64,000 nucleotides of DNA, taken from contig JBJBDC010000001.1 in assembly GCA_047285535.1 (NCBI GenBank), positions 736,136 through 800,135 on the forward strand. Direction: 5' to 3'. Of this stretch, positions 59,293 to 64,000 are shown in pieces. Positions within the stretch are counted from its first letter, which is position 1; each line of letters starts with the position of its first letter. The translations under genes and the position numbers were made by a program. The notes below the pieces were generated by a model. That model did not search any database. It had not been told where the DNA came from and saw nothing but the letters and a program-made list of their open reading frames with translations. Origin of the DNA: Synechococcus sp. Its GTDB lineage: Bacteria > Cyanobacteriota > Cyanobacteriia > PCC-6307 > Cyanobiaceae.

Positions 59293-60112
59293 GAACAGCC
59301 GCAAAAAATGGATTGTGCTCGGAATACTGATCTGCCTCCCTGTGCTTCTGGCACTCTGGCCACTGACGCTGACCGCCGGGCTGATCGCCTTTGGCGTGAA
59401 AAGCCTGAGGCACCATCGCGAACTGATGCTGCAGGAAAACGTGGCGGCCTGGTTGGCCAGGCGAAAAGGTTCTTACTGCCGATACGGTAACCGCCACGGT
59501 CTGATTGAGGCGTTGACGCTGCGCGGACCCGTTAGCAGCAGGGAGCTGGTGCTGAATCTGAAACTGCTGGAAGCCGATGGGAGTGGCGCCAGCTTTACCC
59601 CCCTTGAGCTACCTCTGCCCGGCGCAGCCTTCCCTCACCAGGCCTGGGCTGTGGCCTTGAACAGACAGCTGCGTTCGCTGGACGTGGAGCTGGTTAACGA
59701 CATGGCGGTGGAACACGAGGCAATGCAAACCGCAGAGGCCTGGTTTAAGGAGCTGATCTGGACCCGTGAAGCCCTCGGCACGTTGGAGCAAATGGAGACC
59801 GACCTGCGGCAGACACTGAAACTGGCTCCCGGCAATGATCTGCTGGAACCTGGAATACCTCAGCTGAAGGAAGCAGAGCAGCGGTTGATCGGCGAACGTC
59901 AGCAGCTGACGGCAGCACTCAATGAATCCCTTAAAGTGCTGAGGCAGCTCGTGGATTTCCTGTCCGTTCCGAAGAGTGTGCGCAGCTTGCTCAACTTCGA
60001 TCCCCACCGACTGCATGATCCCGGGCGACTCAGAGAGCTGCGCCGCTCCTTCAATGACCTGGTGATGCTGAACGACGTGTTCCGAGAGCTTTCATCGCAG
60101 AAACTGATCTGA
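59285..60112 (+). CDS. hypothetical protein, N-terminal TM and C-terminal coiled coil; coupled to the exonuclease
   Basis: ATG 59285 overlaps the exonuclease 3' end by 8 nt; hydrophobic N-terminus. Confidence 0.75.
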   Translation: MAENSRKKWIVLGILICLPVLLALWPLTLTAGLIAFGVKSLRHHRELMLQENVAAWLARRKGSYCRYGNRHGLIEALTLRGPVSSRELVLNLKLLEADGSGASFTPLELPLPGAAFPHQAWAVALNRQLRSLDVELVNDMAVEHEAMQTAEAWFKELIWTREALGTLEQMETDLRQTLKLAPGNDLLEPGIPQLKEAEQRLIGERQQLTAALNESLKVLRQLVDFLSVPKSVRSLLNFDPHRLHDPGRLRELRRSFNDLVMLNDVFRELSSQKLI

Positions 60113-60299
60113 GCCTGAAGTGGCTCTGGGTAGAGGAGAACTCCTCCAACGTTTAAACGCTCCATCTAACAAAGCAACTTCAGGCCACGAAGCCACGTAA
60201 TTTGCCCCAGAGGAACTTTGCTAATTCAGCAGGGATTCCTCAACTTTCTCGCGGATTGCTCCCAAAAGACCTCTAATCGACTTTCAGTCGGTGGAGAGT

Positions 60300-60940
60300 C
60301 CTCAGCTCCAGCGATCATTGCGGATCTGTAAGAGGTTTGAGAGCGCTCCCAAAGGCCCAGGATGATGCGGTGTATTTCTGCGGGGTCGACCGGTTATCCC
60401 TGCACTGCTGCTGGTTCCTTGTAAGCGTTTTCTTGACCCGGATTCAGTCTTTTCCCATCCGTTGCGCTATCCACAAGAGGCATGCCGCAGAGATGGAATC
60501 GCGCCGGCTTCTGGCTTCTCCTGGCCAATGTTGGATCCATTTCATTAGGTTTTCACAGCTGGTGGCTCGACCGTTCTGATCGCTGAGCCATTGCACGCAG
60601 GATTTCACCCTTCGTGCAGCATGTTTCTCGGAATTTGCCGAGGCTTCGATTCGGTTCAGTCCTTTCCGCTGATAGACGCCCAATGAACTTCGTACTGGAC
60701 CGCCTGCGTTGCGCCTGATGTCTTTGTCGAAGTTCGCCAGTGCCTGGTCGACTGCTCTTGAGATCGCAACATCGGGATCTTCGGAGGTGGAGGTCAGCTT
60801 CAGCCACTTCTGATCGCCCGATCCGTGAGCTCGGGTGTTGAAGGAGAGGTCGATCAGGTCTTCCCCTGACGGCCTGGTTTTTCGTCGTAACGAGAGGCCG
60901 TATCGATCAGAGTGAATGGGACGGAGATACTTGGAGAGTC
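60300..60940 (-). pseudogene. possible degraded phage-integrase N-terminal region
   Basis: Start-less open frame of about 165 codons ending 'LMKWIQHWPGEARSRRDSISAACLLW', then a shifted 'AYKEP...PVDPAEIHRII'; only a loose resemblance to cyanobacterial tyrosine-integrase N-termini. Confidence 0.3.
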
Positions 60941-61298
60941 ACTTCAGCCTTGCGTTGTTACGGCGTTGCCCAGTCGTCTCTGTCATCTAGGAACAACGCT
61001 GTACATCCGCCAATTTTTTCCCTGAATTGTCCCTAAAACCACTTGCACAAGGTTTTGCCCACATGCACAAAAAGAGTCCATGGACACAGCTGATTTGAGT
61101 GATGGCAGGCAATCTGAGTGAAACTGAGGGCATCTCCCGAGACGATCAGGGCTGGCCCTGGCTGATCGACATCAAATCGTCTACCTCAGTCACCTAGCGG
61201 AAAGCCAGGGCTATGTCCGGCGCCGAAGCTGCGGTGGCAAAGATGCCCAAGACAACTCACAGAAGCAAAGCGGAGACGATCACTGAGGCATAGAGGGA

Positions 61299-61880
61299 TC
61301 AACCATCAACCAGACCGTGCAATTTGGCGAAAGTCGCAACCTGATCTGCCAGCTCGGGGCTGACCCATTGGGCAATCACCGCCAAGGACATGTCGATCCC
61401 TGCCGAGACTCCCGTCGAGCTGAAGAATTTTCCATCTTCCACCCAACGCGCTTGTTTCTCCCACTGCACCAAGGAGCTCTGGAACGTCACCCAATCGAAG
61501 GCCATCTTGTTGGTGGTGGCACGTACCCCATCCAGCACAGCGGCTTTGGCAAGTAGGGCACTGCCGGTGCAGACGGAGGTCACGAGAGTGGCGCGCTGCG
61601 ACTGATCCCTCAACCAATCCAACAGCAGCTGATTGCCAACCTCCTGCCGTGTGCCTGGTCCGCCCGGAACCAGCAGCAGCTCGAAGCCAAGAACATCACG
61701 GAAGGAACAATCCGTGATGTTCTTGGGCCCCTGGCGGCTGGCGATCACGCCGCCAGGCTCACAGACCAGGCGGATGTCGAAATGGTCTGCTGCCATTCCA
61801 TACATTTCCAGTGGACCAAGGACATCAAGAAGTTCAAAACCTTCAAAGCGAAGAACTCCGATGCTTCGTTTGTTGGACAT
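61299..61880 (-). CDS. DJ-1/PfpI family protein, paralog of 49710-50336 with a replaced C-terminus
   Basis: Same motifs ('SVCTGS', 'RWVEDGK'); lacks the 'YDWH..DWDPFA' tail. Confidence 0.8.
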   Translation of the reverse strand: MSNKRSIGVLRFEGFELLDVLGPLEMYGMAADHFDIRLVCEPGGVIASRQGPKNITDCSFRDVLGFELLLVPGGPGTRQEVGNQLLLDWLRDQSQRATLVTSVCTGSALLAKAAVLDGVRATTNKMAFDWVTFQSSLVQWEKQARWVEDGKFFSSTGVSAGIDMSLAVIAQWVSPELADQVATFAKLHGLVDG

Positions 61881-61954
61881 TGGCTAGTCCTCACGAGTGG
61901 ATGACGCCTTACAGCTGGTGCAAGCGGCCGTTGCCAAGGCTGCTGGCCTGGAGA

Positions 61955-62665
61955 TCAGAGCCGAGTACCGCTGCGGTTAGCACTGGCGGGTTCGCTGATC
62001 GGCACTCCTGGCCTCCAATGCTGCACAGAGAACGTTTGATTTGGGGCCGGGATGCCGCTTGCTGGTGGCTTGATCTGACTGCGCCAGCCGCTGGTCCACT
62101 TGATCATCACGCTGCCATTGTCCCGGAGCGACCAGGAGCCATCAGCCACTTGATCGATGTTGTTGAAAGCCATTCCCGAGGAGGTGAGCACCGCGAGATA
62201 AGGGGGTTTCTCGGGCTGGCTTGGCTGCAGTTTGTACGCTCCCACCCAAGCCGAGATCGGACGAGTGAGTTGCACCGCCTTGCCGTGATTACTGGGGCCT
62301 CCATTCAGTGAGGCACCAGGTTTCCACGACCACTGGACCAGACCGGCCGGGCCGAGTTGAATCGTGTCGGTCCAACCGTCTCGATAGGTCGAGCGGATGC
62401 CGTTACCCCAGGCCTGCCAGCTGCCGGTCTCCAACAGCTGATTACGCGTCATGCGTTGCGGCTCTCCAAGATCGGGATGACGTTTGCCGATCACTGTGAG
62501 CGAAGAGCCATCGGCTCGCAGGATCAGATTGAACGGCACATTGTCATTGTCGGTAAGCACCCAGGTACCCAGCATGCGTTTGGCATCGGGCTGAGGAAAA
62601 CCAGCCCCGAGAAGTGCGCCACACAGCAAGAGTGCAGCAGGGGCTTTTACCCAGAAGAGGCCCAT
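61955..62665 (-). CDS. secreted hypothetical protein with two internal repeats
   Basis: Signal-like N-terminus; two 'G.W/Y.L...PF/Y...L...G...G.W...G...I.W/Y..GW' units. Confidence 0.7.
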   Translation of the reverse strand: MGLFWVKAPAALLLCGALLGAGFPQPDAKRMLGTWVLTDNDNVPFNLILRADGSSLTVIGKRHPDLGEPQRMTRNQLLETGSWQAWGNGIRSTYRDGWTDTIQLGPAGLVQWSWKPGASLNGGPSNHGKAVQLTRPISAWVGAYKLQPSQPEKPPYLAVLTSSGMAFNNIDQVADGSWSLRDNGSVMIKWTSGWRSQIKPPASGIPAPNQTFSVQHWRPGVPISEPASANRSGTRL

Positions 62666-62888
62666 GTCAGTTCGGTTGATTCCCTTGGTTTAGCAGCAGT
62701 GCACACAAGCCACCGCAGGCTCAGGAAACACAGGCAAGTGGGTGGTTCTACTCAAGTGCTTCAAATGGTTATCAACAGCACGATCAGACTTGAACAGCGA
62801 AGAGCACATTGAGAGTGCTGGGGCATCAATCGGTGATCATCACCATGTTGACGCCGGCCTTGAAAACAGACACCGAAATGCTGCTGTT

Positions 62889-63320
62889 ATGGACTCGCTG
62901 ACTGCTTTTGCTGCCATTGGATTGACAGCTGTGGCTTGGGATGGCTCGCTCACTCCAGCGGGGGGACGGGCCTTCCGCCATGCGCTCGATTACCGCGAGC
63001 CCTACTGCAACATGCGTGAGCAATCCATGGTTGATCTCATCGATTGCCTCCTGACACGTCGCCGTGAAATCGGTAACAACGCGCTCATGCTTGAAGCGGC
63101 TCAGGCGCTGAACAGCAGCCAATCACTCACCGCTTACGCCATGGCATCAGAGTTGATGCGATCTGACGGACCTTACGAGCCCGAGGAACGCCAACATCTG
63201 GATCATCTGGCTCTGGTTCTCTCGATTGCCAAACCGGAATCCGATCGTATCGATTCGGTGTTTGATGTCTTGCACAATCAACTGAAGCTCTGGTCTGAGC
63301 TGCAAACACAACCAGCCTGA
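62889..63320 (+). CDS. TerB/tellurite-resistance-like protein
   Basis: 'AI.L.AVAWDG.L...' and 'AYAMA.ELMRSDG....EERQ.LD.LA..L.I' TerB-like DG/EE pattern. Confidence 0.78.
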   Translation: MDSLTAFAAIGLTAVAWDGSLTPAGGRAFRHALDYREPYCNMREQSMVDLIDCLLTRRREIGNNALMLEAAQALNSSQSLTAYAMASELMRSDGPYEPEERQHLDHLALVLSIAKPESDRIDSVFDVLHNQLKLWSELQTQPA

Positions 63321-63338
63321 AGATCCTGAATCTTCAGG
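63316..63338. terminator. hairpin at the terB-like stop
   Basis: cctgaagat-cctga-atcttcagg, perfect 9-bp stem. Confidence 0.45.
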
Positions 63339-63460
63339 ACGATGACGTCAACGACAGCGCCTTGATTAAGGGTGCAAGAGGTGATATCGGCGGAACTGAA
63401 GATCAAGCATGGGTGCAGATAGCGATCCAGCTGATCAACGCTGGGCCTGGTGACCTCTGA

Positions 63461-64000
63461 TGCCAGTCAGCAGTCTTTGATTGCAATGGTTTTAATGGAC
63501 ATGTCTCTGAGCTATCCCTGTTCTTTGAGCAACTGGGCAGGATGGCGTGCAACTCCCAGTGGTTCAACCAAGCTTTGAATCCTGCTTCACAAATGATGGA
63601 CCTAGACAACTAGCGCGTACCTCTCGAACTCTGGGACTTCTCCCCGATGACTCTTGGCGCGGTCATCACACCACCGCCGCAGCGCCATGGCGTCGTCCAA
63701 GGCGTCATCCAGGTCCTCAAAGTCCACCCCCCCATCACTTCGGTACGGTTGAGTCGAGCATGGATGGACCTGTGGATCCGGCCAAAGCCGCTGAGATGTG
63801 TCAGTTGTCGGAGCCTTGATCTGAGACAGCTGCGGCCATCCGCCGAATTGTCGGATGATCGAAGCGAATGAGGAGCACCTGCTGTGGCATCGACCAACCG
63901 CACCTTGCTGAAGCGCCTGGCCGTGGATCTGGCTGAGCTTTGCAGTGATCCGGAGAATCTCGACTATGCCTTCGACCTGCTCAATGCCACCTATGGGACT
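63461..64000 (+). repeat. direct repeat copy 2 (continues beyond the window), includes the 5' end of the Coq4-like gene from 63884
   Basis: Appears identical to 45063-45602. Confidence 0.95.

Noticed and set aside
61090..61195. Hammerhead ribozyme or known riboswitch
   Set aside because: No correctly arranged CUGANGA/GAAA core or recognisable aptamer consensus
1..64000. tRNA/tmRNA attachment site, IS element or intact integrase
   Set aside because: No cloverleaf, terminal inverted repeats, DDE transposase or complete recombinase recognised by eye; tRNAscan-SE and ISEScan would confirm

Overview
GC-rich cyanobacterial DNA, most consistent with a marine Synechococcus/Cyanobium-type picocyanobacterium (inferred from gene families such as Nif11-like, DUF3721-like, TIGR03643 and Coq4-like). 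It looks like a mosaic genomic island. Left to right: (1) the 3' end of an NHLM-type HlyD adaptor, a FUSC-like exporter and a methyltransferase / FAD-oxidoreductase / type III PKS cluster; (2) a metal module with a COG0523-like GTPase and two metallophosphoesterases behind a Zur/Fur-like box, a divergent CzcA/CusA-type RND pump, a serine hydrolase and an SMR pair; (3) a DNA-processing/defence block with DUF429, RmuC, a type I R-M system with two different HsdM subunits (NPPF + NPPY, the m6A/m4C heterodimer type), a TM0106 nuclease-helicase and an Mre11/Rad50-like pair; (4) two divergent copies (one intact, one broken) of an unusual membrane-anchored WYL-like/DEDDh-exonuclease/BRCT-like gene with coiled-coil neighbours, next to scattered fragments of the TM0106 gene; (5) a metabolic accessory block (2-hydroxyacid dehydrogenase, ThDP keto-acid decarboxylase, Coq4-like, 2H phosphoesterase, P450, DJ-1/PfpI x2, histidine decarboxylase-ACT fusion, SelO, NRAMP, TerB-like). 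An apparently exact direct repeat of at least 540 bp (45063-45602 = 63461-64000) runs off the right edge. No rRNA, tRNA, CRISPR array or intact integrase/transposase was recognised. All family calls come from motif recognition by eye, not from database searches.
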